A DNA stretch of 64,000 nt. Origin: Laetmonice hystrix. Its lineage: Eukaryota. The translations under genes and the position numbers were made by a program. This document shows, piece after piece, positions 48,147 to 61,090 of this stretch. The stretch spans positions 13,950,001-14,014,000 of the forward strand of contig OZ249446.1 of assembly GCA_965235115.1 (NCBI GenBank). Reading direction: 5' to 3'. Each line of letters opens with the position of its first letter. Within the stretch, counting starts at the first letter, position 1. The notes below the pieces were generated by a model. That model saw only the letters and a list, made by a program, of their open reading frames with translations, did no database searches and had not been told where the DNA came from.

Positions 48147-51100
48147 CATCTCATTCCCAGAGGATATTCCTTCACTCCAGGAATATTACATAACACTTGG
48201 CACCACAGGTACCAGCACGCTTCAGTTTACCGGTTACCCCCCCCCCCCCCCCCCCCCCCCCACACACACACACAATCAAGACGCCAATCGCTCATTGATT
48301 GCAAACCCAATTCAAACGAAGTCAGATTTATTCTGGCACTCAATATCCGCTTCGACCGGATAACTTTCCCGATTCATCTTGAGATTGTTTTACTAAGCGT
48401 CAAAACGTAATGGTATCAACAAAGCAGCATTCTATTGATTGTCCAAAGCTTTAGACTAGTCTGGTGGATAACGTCCCAGATCGGAGCCCAGTCAATCTGT
48501 AGGACACCTATTGAGAGCATCTCCACTGTAACATTTACAGTAAAGACTCCAGCGCTATTAGTGACCGCGGACTCTACAGGTTGGTATGATGAGACAGAGT
48601 GGACGTTTTACCGGACAAGTCCTAACGGTTCTGTCACTGGTTCAGTGACTGAGAGAGACTGATGGCTGGACAATGGACACGGCATGTAACCCTGCTCTGG
48701 GACGGACGATACTAAGGAGACCACAAGGGTTAACGTCCAGTAAACACTTTCTATTTGCCCCCCACCCCCCACCCTCCACCCTCCACAGACTTACTAACAA
48801 GCTTATGAGTGACCACCATCACACACTGTATGCACAGATAACGTGTGGCCATATGTTCTCATCCCTGCTTCACCATCATCAGACAGCGATATTTTTTTTC
48901 TTGTTAATTGCACTAGCTGCCCACGTTCCACGGCACCTTCCATGATAAATACCGAGATAATAGAAGGTGGGACTGACTCCGAGCGGGCGGGACAGCTTGG
49001 AACATTCCAAGTTTCCTGGTACTGATCCCAATTTGTACCCCTCACATCACAATGTACACTGTCCCTCACTTCCCCCACCTTCACATTCCATCCCCAGTGT
49101 TGGCTGGCTGGTCGGCTGGCTGGTCGGCTGGCTGGTCGGTTGGCTGGTCAGTCAGTGAACACGATCCTGGAATGTGTACCAGATGTTTGTGAACCTTAGC
49201 GTACCGGACTGACTGACTGGCGAGCTGACCAGAGCTGACCACTGTCCCCAGGCTGCCTCCTCCCCCTCTCTACTCTAACACATATAGATATATATACGCA
49301 GTGAATGAACACACACTAACCATGTAGAAAAACTGTCCGCAGGGAATCCTCGGTAAAAGATCCAGGTCGGCGTCAGCTGAGCGTACAAATTTAAGTATAT
49401 CCGTGGTATCCTTGGAGTGTATTCCAGTTTTTTGGGTGTTACTCCTTTTTTAAAAGAATTAAGTAAGAGATGTTTAAAAGACACGAGCGATTCACGGCAA
49501 GCTTTGTATACCTCGATCTTCGGGTGGCTTATGGTGCGTATCCCGGTGTGGCCACTCGGGGACTGACGTCCCTCGGCCGGTGGTGGTGGTGGTGGTGGTG
49601 CCAGGCGGTGGCCCACCACGCCCGCGAGCGCCACCACACCGCCACAGGCTGACCCAATCGGCTATGGCAAGCCATCGAGGCATTATTAAAGGCCCAGCCC
49701 ATTGAGGACTTCTCCCGGCTAATACCCGGGTCAGTGGTGGTGAGCTGGTATCTTCACATACAGCTCACCACAACTGACCCAGGTATAAACCTTATTTTTT
49801 TGGGTGGGGGGTGTATTAAATTTTGGCGATTGTTTGAACTTCCGGTTACAGATAATGGGTAAAGCTGATTCGTACTCAGCAGCGTATCACTTTATTAGCA
49901 TACAGACACCCATGGGGAAAAGTTCCAACTCACTCAAACCAGTCGGAAAACAAAACTTCAACTTTTGTTGCATCACAGAGCACGAGATGGTAATCGATTA
50001 CGCCCAACCAGATTAAGTTTCTGATTTCTTTCTATAAGTAGACTGTGCCTTTTCTTTGACCATGATATAAGAAGAGCCATTATCAGACCCACTTAATGTA
50101 CGATCTGCTAATTCTACATGCACACTACGAACGATTGAAGTCTGACATAAACATTCATTCACACAATTCCCCTCTCCCCAAAACACCCACAAGGAGACGT
50201 GGTGTAAATGAAGCTGGAGAAGTGACTTATTATCTAAAGTCGAGATTTTACTGTCATACCTGCCTGCTTCCATCAACATCATTCATGCGGTCAGACGCAC
50301 AGTATCGTTTATCTCCGCTGCTAACTGTATCGAGAACTTTAATATCTGCGTAACGTTAGAAATGACATCTGACGCGGACACCATGGCATATACTGGACAG
50401 ATGGCTTCCCATAACCCCCGGTCCTGTCCCCCACCTCCAGCCGCCGGCCGGCCGGCACACCGACCACATGATCGTGAATGGATGGTTGGGCCATCCTGGG
50501 AACGGACCATGTCGTCCATGGCTGGTCGGTATATTGGTATGACCACTGTCCAACTGTCCTGTATAATATATGCGGGGAGGGGGGCGGGGGTTGGTTAATG
50601 GATCACTGCGCCGCCATGACAACGACAAGTGGTGGCCATGGCAACACACGGCGCCCGCGGCCATGGGACCGGCGCGCTGGGATAGGGGACAGGGGGCCAT
50701 GGGACAGCGGGCCATGGGACAGTGGCCCGCCCTGACAGCTTTTCTACCGTCCGCCGGTACAGCCAACTCCGAAAGCATTAGGAAAACGTCGCCGAAGTAA
50801 CAGGTTATCATGGCTGGGTAGAAAGAAGGAGCCCAATTCGTTGTCAGCTAAAGGTGCAGGCTGTGACAATGCTCACAATTAGACACGGCCGATCATGACT
50901 GCCACTGCTCCTAGTGAAATGACACCGTTTCCAGTGAACTCACTGACTCTAGCCTAGGGCCACCAAGCTTCACATATTTCTATTATACGACTCCCCTCGG
51001 GCTACAACACATATGTAAAGTGCACCTACAACAGAAGCGAAATGTCACCAAATCCCCTAGAGGTTTTCATCTTATTGTGAAAGTATTTCTACATGTTAGA

Positions 51101-54100
51101 GAAATAGCCTTTATTTAGTCAAAGTTTATGCCACCCACTCCTTCTCCGATTACTATTCTACATGTACCGGGGTAGACGGAACGTGTAGACAGATTGGTGG
51201 TCTGAGACCATGGGGTATCAATGTCAGGCAAACAATATACAAATTATAATCATTCACACCCGCACATAAATATGCACCAACATGGATTTCAACATTAAAC
51301 CCTCAAACCAACGACATAACTTTATGAAATTTAAGCTGCACAGACCACTAATGACGACTAAGTTCTCAATATCATAATGATAATGTTAACACGAAAACCA
51401 AGGCCGAACAGCAGACACAAACTGGGATCGTATGGCACCAAGGCCGGTATACCAACATCCAAAACCACTCTGTCCTGCGAGCTGAACCGAGTGGTAGGCC
51501 TATGCCCACTCCAGCCATACCCACTCTCAGCCTTCCCGACCTTTCTAACAATTCTTCAATCAAATACAGCCCTAGGACCTTGAAGCGTTCTTTGAACGCG
51601 GCTTGTAGACAGATTCTTTCTTTTTTTCCACTCCAACCTTGTGACCTAGATTTCTAATTAGAGTTTGGCGACCTTTAAGCTGTTAAGCTGCAGACCTGCT
51701 AACCCCTGACCTCAAAACGGCCCCATGTTGTGCTTTATGACTTCAGATAATGCCTGTTACATAGATGAAAACAAACCAACCGACTTTTTTCACCCCCCCC
51801 CCCAACACCAATTAAAAGAAATCACGCGGGAATCATGCCCCATTCTGGACGTGCGTGTTCGTCCTACATAACCACGTGACCACCAAGGTCACTCATTCTC
51901 CTACCGCGAGAAGATGTTCGTTATTAATGCCAGTCTCCGCTGAAATTGTTTAATAATCCTCGCAGTCCTCTCCAATAACTGCATGGACATTAAAACAACT
52001 CAGACGTTTGGCGTCGTGCAGCCTTCAATGCCCGCCACATTATTAGTTCCTTCTACACTTTTCTCCCGGTGATCCGTTCAGTTTTCAAACTTTGCCAAAT
52101 GTTTATGGTCTGTATATTTTAACTCACCGTAGGTTGGACAGGATTCAAAGGATTCCAAACGTTGGAATCATTCAAGGTAGCCTCTTCCAGGCGCTAGGTA
52201 CGGATCTATGACTCATTCTTTTCAAATGTCTATTATAGGTGCTTTAATATGAACTCCTTCGGAAGCTTGAATCCAAAAGTAGCTCGAAAAAAATCTAATG
52301 CACTACTGCCATGTCACAAAAAATCCTCTATGTCCATGAATGAATCTGTGCCCGGACATTTCAATAGAAGAGAATGTTTGAAAACGTTAGTTTACCTATG
52401 GGAATGGAAAATTTGAAGAAGAAAATACTGCTAAAAGGTCATTGAACTCTATACTGCAATTTGTAGAAAAACTAGCAATTTCTGAAAGCATTGGTTGGAA
52501 ATAGAATAGAATTAAAGAACAGAGAAAGGTCCATTGACTCATGGACCCACTGAGGGCTACTTCTCTCTGGACGTGCTCTTTCTCTGGGTTGAACATCTTT
52601 CTAAACGCCATACCTACTCCCCCCCCCCCCTACCTCCGGCTGACAATGCCGCTAAGTCCTATTGCTGAACTTGATGAGTTCAAGCACCTCATCCAAGTGG
52701 AACTCATCTTTAATACAGCACTCCACACACACGTTCCAGCCGGTTCTCTAACATTTATTGCTGAGGACAGACAAATGTCCCCCATGAATTTAACTTAACG
52801 TCTGATTCTACACAGACATCCCGACTGCCTCGAAAATAACAGTGGAGATGTCACTTCATTTTATATTAATAATTCAGGAGTAGATTTTCAAAATTCACTT
52901 CCACGGGAACGGCAAGAAAACTCTTTGATGAGTGTGGCTAGAAATATAGGAAGAATCCGCCCACATCTTAGCGCCGGGACGGAGTCAGCTGTGCTAATGC
53001 GGCACGCCCATAAATTATGCGTACCGGTGACATCCCGACTGCTGCACCAGTTGCCACTAATGACCCAAATTAAGTCATTAAGAAGAACACCTCATTACCA
53101 GTAGGAAGCTAGGATTGTACCAAGAAAATCCTCACTATGGATCTAGATTGTTTTTTTTTCTACCACATGGTTCGTCTACGTCACATCAGAACTAGGCTGA
53201 TTACCAACATTGATAAATAGTATAGTATTTTTACAGCCCCCCCCCCCCCCCCCAAAAAAAAAGAAATTCCGATTTGTGATAATTTTTGTATCTGTAAGTT
53301 TTGCGACCCATCCTTCCAGGAGGACTGCCAAGATACATTTTAAGTTCTTAAAAAATGGAAAACTTAAGTGTCCGCAAAAATGTACCGGTGGGGGGGGGGG
53401 GCATTCACTTTGGTGGGCCCCTTTCTGTTACGGTGAACACGGTATATGAACGGATCTTTTGTTCCCGGTTTTCGTTTTTTGTTTGTTTTTGTTCGCTGTC
53501 TGACGTTTGCTGCTGATCTAATCTATAGTGGTAAGCTGATGTCGTCACTTTATATCTACCCCACCCTGTCTAATCTATACACTGCAACTCTACTCTGTAT
53601 ATCCCGTCTGCTCTAATCTATACCTTCTTGCCATTCTTACCGACCCTGTCAAGACTGTGTTCTATATTTTACTCCGCTATCTAGCAACCTTTGACTCAAT
53701 CTACAAAACTTTCCTGCCAGTTTGTTGAATTCATTAAGAGTCGTTTTGTAACTTAGATTGTCAACCTTGTCGTTACCGGTAATCACTGCTCGTGAGCTTT
53801 TGCTACGGTCACTGATATGACTGATAATATAACTGTGGCTCGCTTGCTGCTACTAAACCTGCCCCAGTAATCCTCTTTCCATATAAAGTCTGGCCCCTAA
53901 GCTTTTTCATTTCATTCCCCCAAAGCCCAACGGTAGAACCGGCAACATACTTTTAGATCTTCTTTCATAAATTTAAGTCGTTCAACGGGATGTTCCAAGT
54001 GAACTCAGAAAGGCCAGCCACTTCCAAAGAAAATACCAGACATACTTTGGTACCTGAGTGGAGTTATCGACAGCCATCGACTGTTCTCGGAAACACTGCC

Positions 54101-54574
54101 CGAGGTCTCGTCCGTACCTGTATTGGAAGGTGTGTGTGTGGACGGGGGCAGTTTCCAGGTGTAACAGGCCTGGACAAATGTCCCCACTCCTTCCGATCAT
54201 ACATCCAGCACATGCCAAAGTCATTGAGGTGCGGTGTTTCTGAAAACCTACTTCAAATAACCAGAGTCGGGTGGCGCCTCTAGGAGGAAGCTGTTTGTGT
54301 ACTGGCATGACCTGCCACCGCCTCCCCTCATGTTCTCAAGGAGTCGCAGATTTACACACCTGTAATTTACCGTTTTACATATCAATTAGTACTTCTCTTC
54401 TACAGATGATTCCGTGTATACTTAAGTCTTTTACCTCAAGACAAATGTCATGACCTCACCGTTGGCACAAGTCCCTTTTTGAGCAGAATTCGCACCATCG
54501 ACTGTTTTTAAGGTGAGGTTGTTTTAAAGTCCGTCGTGACAAATATCACATATTTCATTCATCATTCTACTTAC

Positions 54575-54586
54575 CTCGGTACTCAT
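54575..54586 (-). CDS. RBMS: Putative start-codon exon, coding part (MSTE); exon may extend 5' to the acceptor at 54722
   Basis: Minus strand reads GCG TAG GAG ATG AGT ACC GAG|GTAAGT: in-frame stop just upstream, G at -3, and a perfect phase-0 donor compatible with the next exon. Upstream acceptor CACTAATGATTTTCAG at 54723. Not supported by homology. Confidence 0.6.
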
Positions 54587-55149
54587 CTCCTACGCTCTTT
54601 TCCTGGTAAGAACTTACTTGGTCGGTACCTGACTTTGTCTACGTTCTCTCAAGATTGCTGCGGCCATCAATAAACCAATTTTAGTTAACGAGGGATGACT
54701 ATATTGCAGCCTACCACAACCACTGAAAATCATTAGTGAACCAACTAAAATCTCACCATGAATTATACTGCGTTTCACTGCGCCTTCGCTCTATTGGTGT
54801 TGACGCGCATGTCTATTGTTTGGTGCAAAATCAAAAAACAATTCAATAAATATCTAATCCTATCTTCGTGCAGCTTGCGTCGTATCAGGCAAGGTCAAAT
54901 CTTTTTGTCATTGATGATTTCCTTAACACCAGAGAATGTGGTACTTGGTATCAGGCTCTGACACCACGTGACCTGTCACGTGATCACCCCGGCGTTCCTC
55001 AGCCGTCTGTATCCGTACAGCGGAACATTTTTAGAGTTCTCTAGAAAAAAAACCACCTTGAAATCCGACTCTGTTCAATTCGTGTTAGGGCTAACCAACC
55101 AGAACCTTGTCCAAAACGACGACCCGATGGAGACAGGAAAAATCACTTC

Positions 55150-55560
55150 AAACTCACCTCACAAAACATGCATGCTTCTTTTTCACACATACTCCGCTCT
55201 CCTTGGCCCTTTGAATTATCAACAAGGGAACCTAACCCTTAAAAAGGTCTTTCAGAATTAAGTTTTTTCTATTAGCAAAGTTCTCACAGCAAGAAGAAAT
55301 GCTACACCACTTCGATTCCATTATAGGACATAGAGTCTATAACTTAAAAATACCAACATGTGCTGCGTGGCGCGCGGACAGAAAGGAAAAACTGATAAGA
55401 AATCGAACTCAACTTAAAACATCATTTGGGACCTTTTTCTAAACAAACCCCTCCCCCCCCGCCCGGCATCAAATAAACTGAAAACTCGATTCAAGATGGC
55501 TAGAGGGCCGCGTTCCACAGACACGACCCATTCAATGTCCTAAAGGCCAACCTAAACTTC
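55150..55560 (-). promoter_or_regulatory. Candidate 5'UTR exon donor (GAG|GTGAGT, 55152-55157) and GC-rich promoter-like region
   Basis: Strong donor 435 nt upstream of the 54723 acceptor. Nearby motifs are GGCGCGCG, a GC-box CCCCGCCC and a YY1-like CAAGATGGC. Motif inference only. Confidence 0.3.
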
Positions 55561-56589
55561 CCAACCGCACGTTGCATGACTGTATCAATAAATGAGACAC
55601 GCATGCACGCTACGCAGTCCCAACTGCCGCAGTCACAGTTATGACCTTGTCATGGAATTCTCAAACTTTACGACATTACTGAATACAACACTTATCACGA
55701 CACTGATCGACACTTAAGGACGGAGTCGCAAAAAAGCTAAGTTCTACACATGGCTACTATTACATTATACCAGTGCACATCATAACTACTGCATGCAGTC
55801 TCGTCATGTCCCCATATCATTCCTCTTGGCGTGGTTTCTGTGTTCTACATTTTTTTATTTAAATTCCTGTCAAAAATAACGTCCTTCTGAATGGTGCCAG
55901 CGCCCATTCTGTATGCGCAGTGTCTCTGGCCAGACTGGGTGATGATAAAATCTGCATTAATTAGCTGCCGCCGGACATTCGACCGTCCACCAGTTGTAGC
56001 AGACGACTTTCCGTTTGTAGAACAGACGTCAAAACGCGGACCTGTGGAGCCGCCTGGTGGTCAGACTGTCCGGTTTGTGTTCTGTCGAGTTCCACGATCA
56101 AGGTGAACGATTAATTCACCTATGACGACGTTTTTTTTTTGGGGGGGGGGGGCGTGTATAATCATCCAATTTTAACTGTATATATATTGAGCAAGGACGA
56201 ATATTCCAGCACCTCACTTAAACTTGCTGCTCGGAGGAACTTTCCAACAGAGTCTGAGACTTGGTCAGGACAACAGTTGCGTGCAATAAAATTCACGGAC
56301 ATGCGCGGAATCAGCTGGTTGAACTTCTACCGTGACGGAACTTTCCGAATGTGTCACCGGCTCAGTTTCCTGATATGCGGGAAGCCAGGTCCACCAGGCC
56401 CAGAATCGGACAATGTGGACATGATATCAGCGCAGGGGTTCTACCACATCAAAGGGTGCGCAACATGTTCACTAGTACACCTCCGAATCGCGGCGGCGCT
56501 TGACAGGTCAGCAGGAGAAAGGGGGGAGAAGAATGCTAATTTTGTTTCTAAGGTCATGGTAATCCCATTTTATATGGCCACCAGGGAAC

Positions 56590-57822
56590 AACACCCATAC
56601 CCCATCCACCCAACACCCACACCCCATCCACCCCACACCCACTTAGTGACCTACAACACCCACACCACATCCACCCCACACCCACTTAGTGACCTACAAC
56701 ACCCACACCCCATCCACCCCACACCCACTTAGTGACCTACAACACCCACACCCCATCCACCCCACACCCACTTAGTGACCTACAACACCCACACCCCATC
56801 CACCCCACACCCACTTAGTGACCTACAACACCCACACCCCATCCACCCCACACCCACTTAGTGACCTACAACACCCACACCACATCCACCCCACACCCAC
56901 TTAGTGACCTACAACACCCACACCACATCCACCCCACACCCACTTAGTGACCTACAACACCCACACCACATCCACCCCACACCCACTTAGTGACCTACAA
57001 CACCCACACCACATCCACCCCACACCCACTTAGTGACCTACAACACCCACACCACATCCACCCCACACCCACTTAGTGACCTACAACACCCACACCACAT
57101 CCACCCCATACCCACTTAGTGACCTATAACCCCCACACCCCATTCACCCCACACCCACTTAGTGACCTACAACACCCACACCACATCCACCCCACACCCA
57201 CTTAGTGACCTACAACACCCACACCACATCCACCCCACACCCACTTAGTGACCTACAACACCCACACCACATCCACCCCACACCCACTTAGTGACCTACA
57301 ACACCCACACCCCATCCACCCCACACCCACTTAGTGACCTACAACACCCACACCACATCCACCCCATACCCACTTAGTGACCTACAACACCCACACCCCA
57401 TTCACCCCACACCCACTTAGTGACCTACAACACCCACACCACATCCACCCCATACCCACTTAGTGACCTATAACCCCCACACCCCATTCACCCCACACCC
57501 ACTTAGTGACCTACAACACCCACACCACATCCACCCCACACCCACTTAGTGACCTACAACACCCACACCACATCCACCCCACACCCACTTAGTGACCTAC
57601 AACACCCACACCACATCCACCCCACACCCACTTAGTGACCTACAACACCCACACCCCATCCACCCCACACCCACTTAGTGACCTACAACACCCACACCAC
57701 ATCCACCCCATACCCACTTAGTGACCTACAACACCCACACCCCATCCACCCCACACCCACTTAGTGACCTACAACACCCACACCACATCCACACCACACC
57801 CACTAGGTGACCTACAACAACG
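56590..57822. repeat. 43-bp C/A-rich minisatellite (CACCCACTTAGTGACCTACAACACCCACACCACATCCACCCCA) x~28
   Basis: Period 43 (56641, 56684). Confidence 0.97.
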
Positions 57823-59009
57823 CCACCCTCTATCCCTACAACACAGAATCCCTGTCATTCTACACATACAGCCAGGTCACCAATAACAGTTAGCACATAT
57901 TTTTGCTGACCTACACATTTATGTACATACCTGACCTACATTTCCCGGACACAATGTACACACGGCACGCGACGCTGACTTGTCTAAAAATCTTCCATGC
58001 ATAGCATATCTCCTGTTTTGAAGTCCAAGTCAATCTCTGAATTTCATTTATACGATAATTTTCCGAGATACAGTAGACGAGAACCTTATCAGAATTTTAA
58101 CAACGAATTTTAGCAGTCACTGGACTCTACAAGATATTACCGACCATTTTTAGTATAATGAAATATAACTCAGAGTAGTACCTGTTGGAATTTTAACAAA
58201 GTGTAAATTGGTTACTGCTCTGGTTATTATTTCCAAAAGTCACATTCAAAAATTCTACGAAACTGAAAAATATTTCAGATATGGAAATTCATGCAGAGTA
58301 ACAAAATAAAAAAGACCGACTGCAGTTAATTTAGTCGACTGAAGGGACCAATAAATAAACTGAAAGCTATAATTTACGTGCTGAGGCATTTTGTGTAAAA
58401 AACAACAAAAAAGTGTCTTTTTAACTTGTGCACCAACTACCAACTGTCACTCAGCATGAAAGTCACTTTCTTTGAAAAGGGGGCGTGGCAAAATTTTAAG
58501 ACGCCCCTTATACTTTTTTCCATAGTATGTGTTAGTCTTGGAGTGTAGCCAATGTGGCAAAAGCTGACATCGCACACAATCTCAGTAATGAGGTCAAGTT
58601 TGGCTGTCACAGCTGCGTAGCAAAATGTAAATTTTGAGCGTAATTATTCGTTTGAGGCCACTGAATCTAATCTGAGGGCATACGTGATCAGAAAACACCA
58701 CAGAATGCTTCCTCTCGCAGTACTACAACATGGACCGTCTCCTTCTCTAAAATGTATCATTTCAACGAGAAAAACTGGGGGTTTCTTGAAGCTAGTGAAA
58801 GCACCTTTAACTAGAGCACAGGGTCCCGTGATGTCAAGTATAGGCGGAGACCATGTCACATGAACCGGGAGGGTCATGTGACCGTCAAGGGTCCACACGC
58901 AGCGAGAGTCTGAACCTCTGAACCTCACACACCAGGCACCTTCTCCGCCGTTTCGGTTTCTTTCCCCCTGAGCAACTGCCATCTACCACGTCCCCATCAC
59001 TGCCCTTAT

Positions 59010-60190
59010 CTCTGAGACTTGGGCAGACTTTCTCTACGTGACAAACTGGTTGTCTTGGGCAAAGTTTCTCTACATGACAGACTGGCTGGCTCGGGCAGAC
59101 TTTCTCTACGTGACAGACTGGTTGTCTGGGGCAGAGTTTCTCTACGTGACAGACTGGTTGTCTGGGGCAGAGTTCTACGTGACAGACTGGTTGTCTGGGG
59201 CAGAGTTCTACGTGACAGATTGGTTGTCTGGGGCAGAGTTTCTCTACGTGACAGACTGGTTGTCTGGGGCAGAGTTCTACGTGACAGACTGGTTGTCTGG
59301 GGCAGAGTTCTACGTGACAGACTGGTTGTCTGGGGCAGAGTTCTACGTGACAGACTGGTTGTCTGGGGCAGAGTTTCTCTACGTGACAGACTGGTTGTCT
59401 GGGGCAGAGTTCTACGTGACAGACTGGTTGTCTGGGGCAGAGTTTCTCTACGTGACAGACTGATTGTCTGGGGCAGAGTTCTACGTGACAGACTGGTTGT
59501 CTGGGGCAGAGTTCTACGTGACAGACTGGTTGTCTGGGACAGAGTTTCTCTACGTGACAGACTGGTTGTCTGGGGCAGAGTTCTACGTGACAGACTGGTT
59601 GTCTGGGGCAGAGTTCTACGTGACAGACTGGTTGTCTGGGGCAGAGTTCTACGTGACAGACTGGATGTCTGGGGCAGAGTTCTACGTGACAGACTGGTTG
59701 TCTGGGACAGAGTTTCTCTACGTGACAGACTGGTTGTCTGGGGCAGAGTTCTACGTGACAGACTGGTTGTCTGGGGCAGAGTTCTACGTGACAGACTGGT
59801 TGTCTGGGGCAGAGTTCTAGGTGACAGACTGGTTGTCTGGGGCAGAGTTCTACGTGACAGACTGGTTGTCTGGGGCAGAGTTCTACGTGACAGACTGGTT
59901 GTCTGGGACAGAGTTTCTCTACGTGACAGACTGGTTGTCTGGGGCAGAGTTCTACGTGACAGACTGGTTGTCTGGGGCAGAGTTCTACGTGACAGACTGG
60001 TTGTCTGGGGCAGAGTTCTACGTGACAGACTGGTTGTCTGGGACAGAGTTTCTCTACGTGACAGACTGGTTGTCTGGGGCAGAGTTCTACGTGACAGACT
60101 GGTTGTCTGGGGCAGAGTTCTACGTGACAGACTGGTTGTCTGGGACCAACTATCTTTACTTGACAGACTGATTGTCTGCGACAGACTGGT
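59010..60190. repeat. 33/36-bp minisatellite (TCTACGTGACAGACTGGTTGTCTGGGGCAGAGT[TTC]) x~34
   Basis: Both unit lengths are multiples of 3, which gives long ORFs on both strands. Confidence 0.97.
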
Positions 60191-60794
60191 TGCCTAGAGC
60201 AGACTTTCTTCACAGATGAGTTGACTGTCTCCAAGACAACCTGGCAGTCTCCAGAGAGAGTTCTATCCATGACGGACTGTCTTATACGTCCCTGACCTCA
60301 CCCCTCTCACTGCCACTCATGCAGTAAAACTCCCCTGGCACAGGATGTCTGCCCGCAAACCTCCCACACTTCTCGGTTCTGACAAGTCACAGACCCCTGT
60401 CCGCTCACGTCAGCTCTGGCCTGTCCTTCACGTTTTGTTTAATTCGCCCTCTTGTCCTCATCATGCAGTCTTGTCACAGGAAGCACAACCGTGGAACCGA
60501 TACGGAGGAAAGCCTTTCCGGCGAAGCGCCAGTCAACACCTACCTCTAGGTTTTTAAGGCTACACGTATACACTGGAGCACATGCAGCGTTCTGATCTCT
60601 AGTCTAGGAGGGGAGAAGGTTGCTACTTCCGGAGAAACCCGACACCAAGGTTTCCACTGAATTAACCTCAGGAAGTCCCAGGGCGCCAGTATGGATTGAA
60701 CAACGCCCGAGGTAGCAGTGGAGCCGCGAGGCGGGAGGGGTCCCTCCTGATCTGAGCCGCATTGTTCACACTCCTGATCCAAAGGTATCTTGCC

Positions 60795-61090
60795 ATAGAG
60801 CCTCCAGATCCAAAGGTCTCTTGACCTAGGGCCTCCGATTCAAAGTTTTCTTGACCTAGGACCTCCCAATCCGAAGGTCTCTTGACCTAGGGCCCCCAAT
60901 CAAAAGTTCTCTTGACCTAGGGCCCCCAATCAAAAGTTCTCTTGACCTAGGACCCCCAATCAAACGTTCTCTTGACCTAGGGCCTCCCGATCCAAAGTTC
61001 TTTTGACCTAGGGCCCCCAATCAAAAGTTCTCTTGACCTAGGGCCCCCAATCCGAAGTTCTCTTGACCTAGGACCTCCCAATCCAAAGGA
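60795..61090. repeat. 30/31-bp tandem repeat (TCTTGACCTAGGGCCCCCAATCAAAAGTTC) x~10
   Basis: Seen directly (60851, 60882, 60912). Confidence 0.93.

Larger units (their letters stand above)
724..54722 (-). other. RBMS: RBMS-family (MSSP / alan shepard-like) RNA-binding protein gene, at least 54 kb, 3' end outside the window
   Basis: GT-AG exons join in frame to MSTE|VSPSYYGYSQDNWM|TYTPGR...[28 protein letters not shown]|FGKITSTKAIIDQNTNKCK|[31 protein letters not shown]|[15 protein letters not shown]...RGVGFCRM...|GWKETLTVKFADGGNKKK... These are the two RRMs and the [16 protein letters not shown] linker diagnostic of RBMS1/2/3 and shep (recognised from memory). Confidence 0.95.

Noticed and set aside
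47006-48410. Many overlapping Cys/His/Met-rich ORFs
   Set aside because: Translations of a 23-bp repeat (not a multiple of 3), fragmented in all frames on both strands.
51800-52620. Possible decayed retroelement coding fragment
   Set aside because: No reverse transcriptase, endonuclease or transposase motif recognised in manual translation.
58900-58975. KKPKRRRRCLVC as a piggyBac C-terminal zinc ribbon
   Set aside because: The second CxxC pair and the upstream DDD transposase sequence are absent.
59019-60197. 392-aa + strand ORF (RDRLVVWGRVL)n and the VTDWLSGAEFY frame
   Set aside because: Starts at a non-ATG codon and is explained by a stop-free 3n repeat; only the minus frame is kept as a weak candidate.
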